NCBI GenBank assembly: GCA_964016885.1
Contig: OZ024742.1
Span: 321,284,001-321,348,000 of the forward strand
DNA from: Eledone cirrhosa
Taxonomy: Eukaryota
Length of the DNA: 64,000 nucleotides
Direction: 5' to 3'
Shown here one piece after another: positions 27,718-39,700 of this stretch. Position 1 is the first letter of the stretch. Every line of letters begins with the position of its first letter. The translations under genes and the position numbers were made by a program. The notes under the pieces were generated by a model. It saw nothing but the letters and a program-made list of their open reading frames with translations, was not told the origin of the DNA and did no database searches.

Positions 27718-27917
27718 TGTTTCTACTTTTGGCACAAGGCCAGCAATTTCCCAGTGTATTACTGGTACTTTATTTTATCGACCCCGTAAGGATGAAAGGC
27801 AAAGTTAACCTCAGCGGGATTTGAACTCAGAATGGCAAGGGCCGTAACTCTATGCGTCAAAGCATGGCGTCCGACCCTCTACCGATACTGCCAATTCACC
27901 GCCATTGGTGGCCCAAA
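27718..27917 (-). mobile_element. SINE (deleted variant) with 18-bp target-site duplication
   Basis: AGATTCTGAAAGAATAAT at 27700-27717 and 27918-27935. Confidence 0.88.
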
Positions 27918-27950
27918 AGATTCTGAAAGAATAATGTACATTGTGTAGAG

Positions 27951-28296
27951 CAAAGGTACTAAAAGTGGGCGCTACCGCCCCCGGGGGGCGTTGAGAAGGT
28001 CCAGGGGACGCTGGGTCCCAAGGGGTCGGTGGTGGTGGTGGTGGTGTGGGTCGGTTGAGATGATATAATAGTTTATTAAATATCAAATGATACATATTAT
28101 ATATATAATAAAAAATATATATATAATATTTATATTATTTATAGAATATATATTATTTATTATATATAAATTAACGATTTTATTTATTATATATTATTTA
28201 CAATTTGTGTGTAGGCAGGTCTCTCTGGACATAGGGGTGGGGGTGCTGAGGGTATTACGTGGTCCTGGGGGTGGCCCAAAAGGTTTGAGAATTTTG
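27951..28296. mobile_element. Old hAT (Charlie-like) MITE
   Basis: Degenerate TIRs CAAAGGTACTAAAAGT / AGGTTTGAGAATTTTG; 8-bp TSD GTGTAGAG / GTGTAGAT; G/C-rich subterminal blocks. Confidence 0.65.
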
Positions 28297-28390
28297 GTGT
28301 AGATTCTGTTTATATTATATCAAATGAAATACCAATATAGGTTGATCAATCACCAATTAACAGTTATAAAACAACAAAAACGAAAATTAT

Positions 28391-28800
28391 TTACCCTTTT
28401 CCCATTCGAAGGAGGTAGATCCTTCATCTGGGGCGCCACGTGTTGTGACACGTTTTCCGCCTCCAATTTAGTCGCTTCGGCCACAAACCCCGGTACTGCG
28501 GGCCGCAATGCAGAGGAAAGGAAGACAAATAAATAATGGGGATTATCCGACCGTTTCCTCTTCGCACCGGTCGCTGTTGATCGCACCGGTCGCCGTTGAG
28601 ACATCAGGCGACCTCAGACCCCGTATTGCTGAGCTTCTCAGCAAGATCGGAAGGTCAGCAGCCCGTATGAGAAACGAATCTCGCGAGGTGGAGTGACGGT
28701 TGCAGCGGGTGTCGCTGGCCATTGTCGGCGGAAATTCTTTTGTGGTTTTGACCGCAGGGTGCAGCCCCAAAACTGCCGCGCACCTAGGCCCTGAGTCCAT
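28391..28800 (+). pseudogene. CRE-clade non-LTR retrotransposon, C-terminal RLE fragment
   Basis: TLFPFEGGRSFIWGATCCDTF...AGRNAEERKTNK, then APVAVETSG...LLSKIG...ESRE..*RLQRVSLAIVGGN. This fits the CRE-type pattern TL.PW..G..L.WD.TC.DT...AE..K..KY...P.AVET.G...QRLS.A..RGN. Confidence 0.8.
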
Positions 28801-29059
28801 CACTCTCCATCTCCCATTCTTCTGTGGCCCTAAAACCTCTCCCTCCTTTTCCGTTTTTATATATTTGTAGAGTTTTTCTAGTTATTTTATAGCCATTCAT
28901 TCATTTCGTTGCGATATTTCTAATGAAATATACTGCTTAGGATTTTCAAATAATGTTGAAATTAATCAAGAATTTAGAAGGATATACTGCGGTGAAAAAA
29001 CAGTGAAAGGGCAGTCATTTTCTGCTACGGTCAGCCATACTCATGCTACACATGTGACA

Positions 29060-29350
29060 GATGATTAAAGCAAGTGATACTGTGCTTGCTTTTTAAAGTG
29101 AAAAAAGCCATTCACTGGACCAACCGCACTCTTGGACCAACGGTGACGGGTATCCAAACGAAGAACAGCTGTACATCATTGGCTGGCATTGAGTTGCAGG
29201 TTTTCCTTCTAGAATGATGTCCTAACAATGACCAGAGGTCCCTCACTCTCGTTTGGTTAACTATGCACCAAACCGAGTATTTGTATGTCCTCCTCACTAA
29301 CATATGATTGCTGCCACCTCGTTATCGAATATGGCCATTGCACGAAACAG
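29060..29350 (-). mobile_element. Old diverged copy of the RTE-derived element (5' part), plus a separate RTE 3'-tip stem-loop at 29304-29350
   Basis: TTTTAAAGTGA...CACTCT...AAGAACAG..ACATCATTGG...GAGTTGCAGGTTTTCCTTCTAGA; GCTGCCACCTCGTTATCGAATATGGCCATTGCACGA. Confidence 0.6.
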
Positions 29351-29461
<111 letters not shown>

Positions 29462-29490
29462 CATTTATATATATATATATATATACATTT

Positions 29491-29544
<54 letters not shown>

Positions 29545-29577
29545 GACATATATATATATACATATATACATGTACAG

Positions 29578-29683
<106 letters not shown>

Positions 29684-30005
29684 GTAGGCAGATAGATAGA
29701 TAGATAGATTGGTAGGTGCGTACGTAGGTATGTAGTTACGTAGGTAGGTAGATAGTTAGATGTGTCCCATTGTACGACTAGTTCTTGCACAAGGAATGAT
29801 CAAACGAAAAAGATACCTCATTAAAATCTTTTTTATTTTAATTTATAGCCTGCCACCTGCAGAGTAGCAAGGATGTAAAGAAACTTAAAATTGAACTAAG
29901 AAAAGAAAACATACATACATACATAAACATACACGCATATGTATATAAATATATAATTATTTATATATGTACATACAAATATATACATGTATATATATAT
30001 ATACA

Positions 30006-30041
<36 letters not shown>

Positions 30042-30042
30042 G

Positions 30043-30186
30043 TACGTCATTCCGGGTTGAATCGGAGGTAACCACAGTAAGATACTCAATACATAGCAGA
30101 GTATAAGAGTTTTAATGTAGATGAGATTCTACAGGACTAGAACTGTTTCATTCTTTAGAAATCATCAGTTTCAACCCGGAATGACG

Positions 30187-30188
<2 letters not shown>
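30043..30188 (-). mobile_element. 146-bp PLE-like mini element with 19-bp terminal inverted repeats and an HHR core, in (TA)n
   Basis: Ends TACGTCATTCCGGGTTGAA / TTCAACCCGGAATGACGTA. Minus strand: CUGAUGA-U-UUC-UAAA-GAA-U-GAAA-CAG..CUG-UA. Confidence 0.7.
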
Positions 30189-30277
<89 letters not shown>

Positions 30278-30712
30278 TGTATATATATATGATTCCAGTT
30301 CCTCAGTGGAACAACAACCCAACCAGGAACTGGGCATATCAGAGTATTGACAATATTATACACCTCAACAACATGTGTACTTGTCTATACCATACTAATT
30401 CAAACTGCCTGAAGAGGTCACAGCCAAAGATGGCTGTCACTGAAATATATATAGCAGTAATAAACGAAGCCAAATTTTAATCATTTGACTTTTTATTTAA
30501 CTTTATTTTACACTACTCCGGAGTAACCAAATCAACCTGCACACTTCGTCGAGTGCTCCAGCCTGCATACTGAGGTGTTGGTATACAACCAACATAAACT
30601 CAAAATCTATGTATATATATGTATATATATATTTATTGATATATTTATTTATATATATAAATACAAATATATATGTGTATGTATATATGATATATATATA
30701 GCCATAAATATA

Positions 30713-30752
<40 letters not shown>

Positions 30753-30792
30753 CAGATATATATATATATCCATAAATATATATATATGAATG

Positions 30793-30861
<69 letters not shown>

Positions 30862-30952
30862 ATATATATATGTATATATGTATATATATATATATATTTA
30901 TATGTATATATATATATATATACATATTTATATATATATATGTATATATATA

Positions 30953-30997
<45 letters not shown>

Positions 30998-31022
30998 TTA
31001 TATATATATATGTATATATATA

Positions 31023-31079
<57 letters not shown>

Positions 31080-31287
31080 GTATATATATATTTATATGTA
31101 TGTATATATATATAAATACATACATACATACATACACACACACACATGCATACACACATACATACATACATACATACATACATACATACATACATACATA
31201 CATACATACAAACATACATACATACATACATACGTACATACATACATACATACATACATACATACATACATACATACATACATACAA

Positions 31288-31608
31288 ACATAGGACATCT
31301 ACGGACCATTGATGAGGAGCTTACAAATCCAGTATCCAAGATACACCTTTAGCTTCATACCCATCATTATTGGTGCTACGGGTTATATACCAACCCGCTT
31401 GGACCAAAGTATGACCGAACTTGGATTTGCGGACAAAAAGCGCAGCTCCCTAATTCATAGTCTACAAATGGCTGCGATAGCTGGCACCTTCAAAATATGC
31501 AAAACATTCTTGCGATTCAAGGGATGACAATTTCTTTTCTTTTACAACCTTGCCACCAGGAAGGTGGCCGGTCAAAAAAATATACTCGAAATTAAGAGAA
31601 AGAGAAAA
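31288..31608 (+). mobile_element. 3' end of another RLE-type LINE, inserted in (ATAC)n
   Basis: IYGPLMRSL...FIPIIIGATGYIP...LQMAAIAGTFKICKTFL* aligns with the IPIVIGALG...LQKACLLGTARTLR tail of 33226-36618. A similar 3'UTR tip lies at ~29845-29910. Confidence 0.75.
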
Positions 31609-31666
31609 CATACATACATACATACGTATATACATACACACGTATACATACAGTCATACATACATA

Positions 31667-32242
31667 CATGGTGGCTGCCAACTCGTTTTCGAGTACGGCC
31701 ACTACTTTATATCCATGTAGGAGAACCCCTACCGAAGCGCTGAACGAGTGTGACTTTTTAGTCCAGCCAGCGACTTGAAAACTCTGGTACAAACACTACA
31801 CTTGTGACAATTATTGACACATAGTGCTGGGCCCATGGTACCATGTGAGGACAAGTGCAGAGAAATCTCCAGATATAAAGCAATGCCTGTGCCGTGAAGC
31901 TTTTATAGTGAGCAAAGGCACTGCACAAAGCCAGTCCCACTCTCTTAACCAAGATGATATTTACCAAAAAGAAGAACAAGTCAACATCATTGGATACCAT
32001 CAGGGTTGCAGGTGTTATATCAGAGTTTTCTTTCTCCTAGAATTCTGCCTTGTCAAAGGCTAACGTGTCATCTCTCCCGGTGATTTTGGATGGCCATTGA
32101 CTCTTAAGAGCTCCTTTGCCCTTTGACAGGTTTTGTTTTTAGTCCTGCAGGATGTCCAAAGTCACTCTCCTCACCAAGAAACCTTGGTGGGGTTGCCAGT
32201 TTAGTCGCCAACGACCCGACCATGAGACAGGTTGTACTGGGA
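31667..32242 (-). mobile_element. Non-autonomous RTE-derived element, longest copy
   Basis: Matches copies 1 and 2, with an extra ~180-bp 5' leader and (ATAC)n on both sides. An isolated 3' tip lies at 32383-32423. Confidence 0.85.
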
Positions 32243-33089
32243 TACATACATACATAGTCATACATACATACATACATACATACGTGCATACATACATACA
32301 TACATACATACATACATACATACATACATACATACATACATACATACATAAATACATACATACATACATACATACACACATAATGGCTGCCCCCTCGTTA
32401 TCGAGTATGGCCATTGCACGAGGAAAAAAAAAAAAAAAATAATAATAATAATAATAATCTCACCAACACCAGAAACTAGATACACCACCCACCCCATCAT
32501 CTGTGTACACTAAACACAACAGCATTTTCACCTTCACCGCCACCGCTCACTACGGCCATCATTACCACCACTATCCCATCACCGCCGCCACCACCCCTTG
32601 ACTCCTTCACTGCTGCTGCCACCGCTACAGCACCATCACTACAGTAATACGGTCGCATCACCGCCACCACTGCCTCGGTATCGACATCACCACCACCACT
32701 GTCTCAGTATCGCCAACGCCGCCAGTCTCTGCTGGCTGCCACTTCCTCATTATAGAATTCCTACTACTAACAAAGAGGAAGGCATCAAAATATATAGATA
32801 GACTCAAAAGAAAAAAGAAAAAACAAACAACAAAAGCAGCACAGCAACAACAGCAAAAAACAAGAAAAACAAACAGAGAAAAACAAAAACAAAAAAAGAC
32901 ACCCCAAAAACGTAAAGAAAATAAGAATGAAGAGAGAAGCAGGCGGACGGACAGAGAAGAGGGGGGAAAAAGTAAAACTTAAAAAACAAAAACTAAGTCA
33001 GACATTTGAATACTACATTACAATGAAACTTATGCTTATTCATTTTTGGGGCCCTTTCTGCCCGTGTGTTTGTTTGTTTATGTGTGTCC

Positions 33090-36000
33090 GTATACAGCGT
33101 GGTGATAATTCCACACAAGGGCCAAGTGGGATGGCGGATCCACAGATGGCTATGTAAACATACATTCGCCAATCCTCGATAAGAGTGTTTAAATATCGAA
33201 CATAAACAGTTCGAATAACGGTGAAATGGAGACTAGAACGTCATGTGACAGACTCTCACCCAACAGGTGCCCCCTGGCTCAGCAGCAGGAACCTGACTGT
33301 CAACCAAATACTGCTGATGTTGGAGGAAGAAGAAGAAGGAAAGGGGCCAGAACCAACTGGACGAAAGAATTGAATAGAACTGTTATGCAATGCTACCTGA
33401 AAAGTAACCCCAAGGAGAGGGGCTACAGGAGACGGATGCATAACATCTGGAACGAGATTGGTTTATTTAAATTAGATGAACAAAAATTGGCCGGGCAGGC
33501 TCGGGTAATAAGAACTAATGGGTGGATAAGCGAGCTGGAACTGGAGGAACTGAGCAGAGAGAATGGCTTGGAGATGGCGGGTGTAGTATGCCAGACAAGC
33601 GAGCCGGCGGGAAATGAAGGTGAGGAGGTCCTGAGAACGGAGGAACCACCCGAAGCAGACAATGATCTGAATACTGAGATAAATAATACCTGGAACAGAG
33701 ATACGGCCACTGAGGAGATGAATGCTGACGGGCTAGGACAAGATTCGGTTGACATCCTAAATTTAGTGGTAGATGAGTTGAACAATGATAGTGGGAGACC
33801 TATGAACCTAAGATTTGTAGACAGGAAAAAGTTAAAAGAAACAACAGCTAAGGTAAACAAAGTCATCCCATACCTTGAGGCGAGGAGTCTTCACCAGTGC
33901 AACAATATCCTCAAAGCAACAGCAAATACGGTGAGGAAACTACTTGGTATAAAAGCGAGAGGAAACAACAGACAAGAAAGAGCAGAGCCGTGGTGGAAGA
34001 AGCGACTGAGTGGGCAAATCGAGGAAATGAGAAATGACATAGGAAAGCTTGAGTCACTACTGAATGGGACACTAAAAAACATAGGCACTAAAAATAGACT
34101 GGAAATAAAATACAAAACTAGGAGTAAAAAGCTAAATATTATCATAGAGGAATTGAAGCAACGCATTGTAGCAAAGAGTGCCAAAATCAGGCGATACGAG
34201 AACAGAGTCAGTCAGTATAAACAGAACCGCATGTTCGACAACAACCAGAAGATGCTGTTTGGACAGCTTGAGGGGAAAGAAAGAGGCAACGACTTGATCC
34301 CTGGGGCGGAACAAGCTAAAACATTCTGGAGAGGAATATGGGAGCAGGATGTTAGACACAATGCCCAGGCAGGGTGGATTGAGACAGTACAGAGGGAGAT
34401 CGGTGAGCAGGCACAGCAACAGACTGATTTGAGTATCACAGTTGAAACTCTTAAGGGGCAAGCCAAAAAACTAACCAACTGGAAATCACCAGGCCCAGAT
34501 GGTGTGCAGGGGTATTGGATTAAACATTTAACATCCCTCCACCCGAAGCTGACGGCCATGTTCAATGACTGCTTGGTGTCGGGTGAGGTGCCAGAGTGGT
34601 TGACAAAAGGTACCACAGTTCTGATAATGAAAGACCGAATCAAGGGTAATGATGTTACCAACTATAGACCTATCACATGTCTGCCCGTAATGTGGAAACT
34701 GTTGACGAGCATTGTGTCTGAGGAAATCTACCATCACCTCCACACAAACAACTTGTTGCCGGACGAACAGAAAGGATGCCGAAAGAAGTCACGTGGTACA
34801 AAGGACCAGTTGCTTATTGATAAGATGGTAATGGGGAATTGCAGGAGGAGACACACTGATCTTGCCATGGGATGGATAGACTACAGAAAGGCGTTTGACA
34901 TGGTGCCTCATTCCTGGATCACCAAAAGCCTGGAGATCTTCAGGGTGGCAGATAACATCAGACAGTTGCTGGGCAGGAGTATGGGGTCCTGGGAGACAGA
35001 GTTGACATCAACTGGAGTATCCTTGGGAAGCGTGAAGATCAAGAGAGGTATCTTCCAGGGAGATAGCCTGTCCCCTCTGTTGTTTGTCCTTGCCCTGATG
35101 CCCTTGACCATTATGCTGCGAAAAGTGAGAGCAGGATACAAGTTGGGAAGGGGAGAGCTTACCATCAATCACCTCCTCTTCATGGACGATCTTAAGCTCT
35201 TCGGGAAAAGTGAGAAGGAGTTGGATGTGCTTGTTGACACTGTCCGTATTTTCAGCAGTGATATATGTATGCAGTTTGGTATTGGTAAATGTGGAGTCAT
35301 TGTGATGAGGAGGGGTAGGTTGAGCAGAAGTAACGGGATCCAGATACCAACAGGTGAGATGATAAAGGAAATTGACTCTGAGGAAGGATACAAGTATTTG
35401 GGCGTTCTGGAGGCTGATGGCATAAAGAACAAAAAAATGAAGGAATTGTTAAGAACTGAATACATTCGGAGAGTAAGGAGCGTATTGAAGTCACATCTGA
35501 ACAGCAGAAATGCCATAAGCGCAGTAAATTCCCGAGCTGTGTCTATTATTAGGTACAGTGCGGGAATTCTGAGATGGAATGTTGCTGAACAAAAAGAAAT
35601 GGATAGGAAGACTAGGAAGCTATTGACTATCTACAACATGTTCCACAAGAGGAGTGATGTCGATAGACTCTACCTAAGGAGATCTGAGGGTGGAAGAGGT
35701 CTTATCAGCATAGAGGACTGTGTTCAGATGGAGAAAAACAACCTATACAAATACGTGACCTATAGTAAGGAGCCAATGCTCAGAGCTGTACTGAAGGAGG
35801 GGACAGTAGGCCAGGGGATGTCCAAGGAGGAAATAACATCAAGGAGGAAGAGCAGCCTTAAGGGAAAATCCCTTCATAGTACCTTCTTTGAGAAAACTGA
35901 ATTTAGAGATCCACAGACATGGAACTGGTTGAGAAGAGGAGACCTCAAAAAGGCTACAGAAGGAATGCTAATGGCTGCGCAGGAGCAGGCCCTCAAAACG

Positions 36001-36693
36001 AAGTGGTTGAAGCACCATATCTACAAGGAGGAGGCTAGCCCACTGTGCAGGATCTGTGGAGAGAGAGAGGAGACTGTGGCTCACATTGTGTCCGAGTGTA
36101 AACACCTAGCCCAGACCCACTATAAGGGCTGGAGACACGATGTGATGGGCAGGGTGATCCACTGGCACCTGTGCAAAGTAAACAATCTACCACATTCTGA
36201 GAAATGGTATGAGCATAGGCCAGAGGCGGTGATGGAGAACAGTCAGGTGAAGATGCTGTGGGATTTTAGGATACAGACGGACAAAAAACTGGAACACAAT
36301 AGACCTGACCTGGTGGTTGTGGACAAAGAAAAAAGATCGTGCCTGATTGTGGATGTGGCCTGCCCGTTCGACACGAGAGTGCAAGAGAAGGAGAGGGAGA
36401 AAATTAACCGATACCAGGACCTAAAGTGGGAGGTGAAAAGGATTTGGAACTGCCATGAAGTCAAAGTGATCCCGATTGTCATAGGCGCACTGGGGACTAT
36501 CTCCAAAGGTTTCCAGGGATGGTTAAAGAAAATCGGCCCCTTCACGCTTTTTGGAACGCTTCAAAAGGCATGCTTGCTTGGAACGGCAAGAACCCTCCGA
36601 TACGTCCTGAATATCTGAGGCTGCAGGTAGTGGCTTGATATTCAATCCAACGGACTTTCCAGTTAACCAACATCAATGACTGAGATTCAAGGA
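33090..36693 (+). mobile_element. Dong/R4 LINE family 1, near full length (5' boundary approximate)
   Basis: Intact ORF and a short 3'UTR ending in (TAA)n. Confidence 0.88.
33226..36618 (+). CDS. R4/Dong-clade non-LTR retrotransposon polyprotein (RT, CCHC, restriction-like endonuclease), intact 1130 aa
   Basis: N-terminal WTKELN..VMQCY..S.P..RGYRRRM; RT motifs WKSPGPDG, NYRPITCL, EQKGC, WIDYRKAFDMVPH, GIFQGDSLSPLLF, LFMDDLKL, YKYLG; CRIC-H-C knuckle; RPDLVV..D...K..RY.DL endonuclease. Confidence 0.96.
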   Translation: METRTSCDRLSPNRCPLAQQQEPDCQPNTADVGGRRRRKGARTNWTKELNRTVMQCYLKSNPKERGYRRRMHNIWNEIGLFKLDEQKLAGQARVIRTNGWISELELEELSRENGLEMAGVVCQTSEPAGNEGEEVLRTEEPPEADNDLNTEINNTWNRDTATEEMNADGLGQDSVDILNLVVDELNNDSGRPMNLRFVDRKKLKETTAKVNKVIPYLEARSLHQCNNILKATANTVRKLLGIKARGNNRQERAEPWWKKRLSGQIEEMRNDIGKLESLLNGTLKNIGTKNRLEIKYKTRSKKLNIIIEELKQRIVAKSAKIRRYENRVSQYKQNRMFDNNQKMLFGQLEGKERGNDLIPGAEQAKTFWRGIWEQDVRHNAQAGWIETVQREIGEQAQQQTDLSITVETLKGQAKKLTNWKSPGPDGVQGYWIKHLTSLHPKLTAMFNDCLVSGEVPEWLTKGTTVLIMKDRIKGNDVTNYRPITCLPVMWKLLTSIVSEEIYHHLHTNNLLPDEQKGCRKKSRGTKDQLLIDKMVMGNCRRRHTDLAMGWIDYRKAFDMVPHSWITKSLEIFRVADNIRQLLGRSMGSWETELTSTGVSLGSVKIKRGIFQGDSLSPLLFVLALMPLTIMLRKVRAGYKLGRGELTINHLLFMDDLKLFGKSEKELDVLVDTVRIFSSDICMQFGIGKCGVIVMRRGRLSRSNGIQIPTGEMIKEIDSEEGYKYLGVLEADGIKNKKMKELLRTEYIRRVRSVLKSHLNSRNAISAVNSRAVSIIRYSAGILRWNVAEQKEMDRKTRKLLTIYNMFHKRSDVDRLYLRRSEGGRGLISIEDCVQMEKNNLYKYVTYSKEPMLRAVLKEGTVGQGMSKEEITSRRKSSLKGKSLHSTFFEKTEFRDPQTWNWLRRGDLKKATEGMLMAAQEQALKTKWLKHHIYKEEASPLCRICGEREETVAHIVSECKHLAQTHYKGWRHDVMGRVIHWHLCKVNNLPHSEKWYEHRPEAVMENSQVKMLWDFRIQTDKKLEHNRPDLVVVDKEKRSCLIVDVACPFDTRVQEKEREKINRYQDLKWEVKRIWNCHEVKVIPIVIGALGTISKGFQGWLKKIGPFTLFGTLQKACLLGTARTLRYVLNI

Positions 36694-36704
36694 ATAACAA
36701 TAAC

Positions 36705-36747
<43 letters not shown>

Positions 36748-39700
36748 TGATCAGATCAAGCTATTAGCACAAAGTCAGCGAAGGGAAAATGAAACATGTG
36801 TCAGTGAAAACGAGGTAAACTGTAACACTTCGAATCCCAGGGTTGGGGCGGAATCACTGGCAACAGAACAAATTAAAGAAAGGATCGAAAAAGTGGAGGG
36901 AGTGCATGCTCAGGATGAAACTCCAAATGAAAATAATGAGATCGTAAATGATAAAGAAATGAATGAGAATGAACTTGCCAACTTGAAGGATGAAATTATG
37001 ATCGAATGGATGAAAATGAAAGAATCTGTCATGGGGCAACGAGACACCCTCCCTAAGATCCAGAACTCCAAACAGAACCAAAAGATAATACACAAGACTA
37101 ACATAATTCTCAAAAACATTATCATCACAAACAAACTAAACATTACTGATTTAAATCATCTCTATTATGCATCGGCTAAAGTCACCACTCACTTATGTGG
37201 AGTGAAGATGAAAAAACAAAGGAATTCCCACAAGAAATCTACTTGGCAAGAGAACATCAATCGCCAAATAAACCTTCTCCGATCTGACATAGAAATTTTA
37301 ACAAACTATAAAGTAGGTGAACATGTTAAACAAACTAAACTTAGAAAATTGAAAAAAAGGTACAGTATAAAATCAACATGTGACATAGACATGCTGATAG
37401 AAATAATCAAGCAAAAAGTTTCGGCCAAAGCTGCTCGTATAAGGCGCTTTGAAAAACGATCTAGATTCTATAAGGACAATAATATGTTCAAAAACAACCA
37501 AAGAAACTTCTACAGAAAAATTGGTAAGTCAACAATAACTGCTAAATCAATACCACCCAAGGAGGAAGTGCAAGAATTCTGGGAAAAGATCTGGGCCGAA
37601 GAAAAAGTTCATAACATACATGCCCCATGGATAGACAGACAAATGAAAGATACAGCTCACCTTGAGGAACAAATATGGGAAAATATAACAGTTGAACAGT
37701 TGCGCTTGGCTCTAAGAAAAACCAGCAAATGGAAATCCCCAGGAAAAGACAAAATACAAAATTTTTGAATAAATGCCTTCACAGAGTCTCATGAGCTGTT
37801 AGCCCAACTTTACAATGAAATAGTTAAGGTGCCAGAAAAGATACCATCATGGCTAGTTAACGGCATTACATTCCTGCTTCCGAAGAATGATGAGACAAAC
37901 AATCCCAAAAATTACAGACCGATAACTTGCTTGACCACAATGTATAAAATTTTAACATCAGTCCTAACTGAATACACATATGACCACCTGATAACAAATG
38001 ACCTATTTCCCATTGAGCAGAAAGGGTGTAAACGAGGCTCATATGGCTGTAAGGATCAGCTTCTGGTTAACAAAATGATACTGGAAGATTGTCATAATAG
38101 ACACAAAAATCTATCGATTGCTTGGATAGATTATAAAAAAGCATTCGATAGTTTGCCACACAGTTGGATTGAAAAATGTTTAGAGATTTTCAAAATATCC
38201 CCCGTTGTCAGGAGGTTTTTGTCATTCAGTATGAAGACATGGAAAACGACACTCCTTTTGAATAGTGAAACAAAATCACTGGAAGCTGGAGAAGTTAATA
38301 TTAATTGTGGAATTTTTCAGGGTGACTCTTTATCACCGCTTTTATTCTGCATCGCACTTATAACATTAAGTAAAATGCTCAATGAAACAAAACATGGATA
38401 TAAAGTCTATGACAAAACCATTAATCACCTGTTCTACATGGATGACCTGAAACTATTTGCAAAAAATGATGAACAATTGCAAGGGCTATTATCCACTGTG
38501 GAGCAGTTCAGTGATGACATTAAAATGGAGTTTGGACTAGTTAAATGCGCCAAAGCAACGTTCACCAGAGGAAAGCTGCTGAAGAGTTCAGACATTAATC
38601 TTGATCGGGGGAACGTGATAAGAGAACTTGATCAAGAAAAAACTTACAAATATCTAGGTGTTTGTGAAGGAGACGGAATCAAGCACTCGACAATGAGGGA
38701 AAGGATAAGGAAGGAATGTTACCGCAGAGTAAGAGCAATCTTAAGAACGGAATTGAATGCAAGGAATAGGATCGATGCCATAAACACGCTTGCCATACCA
38801 GTAGTAACCTACAGTTACAATGTCATCAACTGGTCAAGCACAGAGATCCGTAGGCTCGATACAAAAATTCGAAAATTCTTAACCATGCACAGAATGTATC
38901 ACCCTAAGGCAGATATAGATAGAATATATCTCCCTAGGAAAGAAGTGGGTTAATCCAGTTAGACATTGCGTTGAAAACTGCAACAATTGGATTATCTACA
39001 TATCTAAGGGAATCACATGATTGGATGATCAAACTCGTTTTGAAACACGAAAGCATCAAAAGATCATATTCAATTACAAAAGATGCACAAAGATACAGTA
39101 ATGGACTACAAATTTCAGAAGTCCCATTTACTGCTGAAATGGAAAACACAGAAAAAGCAAAGCAGGTAAAAGTAACTGCAAAGAAAGAACTTCTACAGAA
39201 ACTGGCTAAGAAATGGCAAGAAAAGCCTCTGTATGGAAAATACCCAGAGCGAGCTAACAATCCTGATGTTGACAAAACTTTAACCCATCAGTGGTTGGCA
39301 TCCTCTGGACTGAAATCGGAGACTGAAGGACTGATTATATCAGCACAAGATCAGTGTCTGCCAACAAAAAATTACCAAGCCAACATAATAAAAAATGGAT
39401 GCAGCCCATTATGCCGTGTATGCAAAAAACAACCAGAGACCATTGACCATATAATTTCAATGTGCAGTCATATAGCTCCAACCGAATACCTAAACAGGCA
39501 TGACAGAGCTGCACAATACATACATTGGATAATGTGTAAGCATTTTGACCTGCCCCATCAAAAGAATTGGTGGGAGCATCAACCACCTCCCATACTTGAA
39601 AAAGATCACATCTCAATCTTGTGGAACTTTAGCATCCAAACAGACCGAAACATAGATGCAAATAGACCTGATATAATATTGAAGGACTTTAAAAAGAGGG

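Noticed and set aside
30515-30600. TLRRVLQ..* resembling a Dong 3' tip
   Set aside because: Too short and degenerate to support.
32150-32240. HDV-like ribozyme in the leader of the RTE-derived element
   Set aside because: I could not build a consistent P1-P4 double pseudoknot by eye; it needs a descriptor search.
37766-37768. In-frame TGA as possible selenocysteine or readthrough
   Set aside because: It sits at a conserved Trp (TGG>TGA) in a copy that also has a frameshift; ordinary decay.
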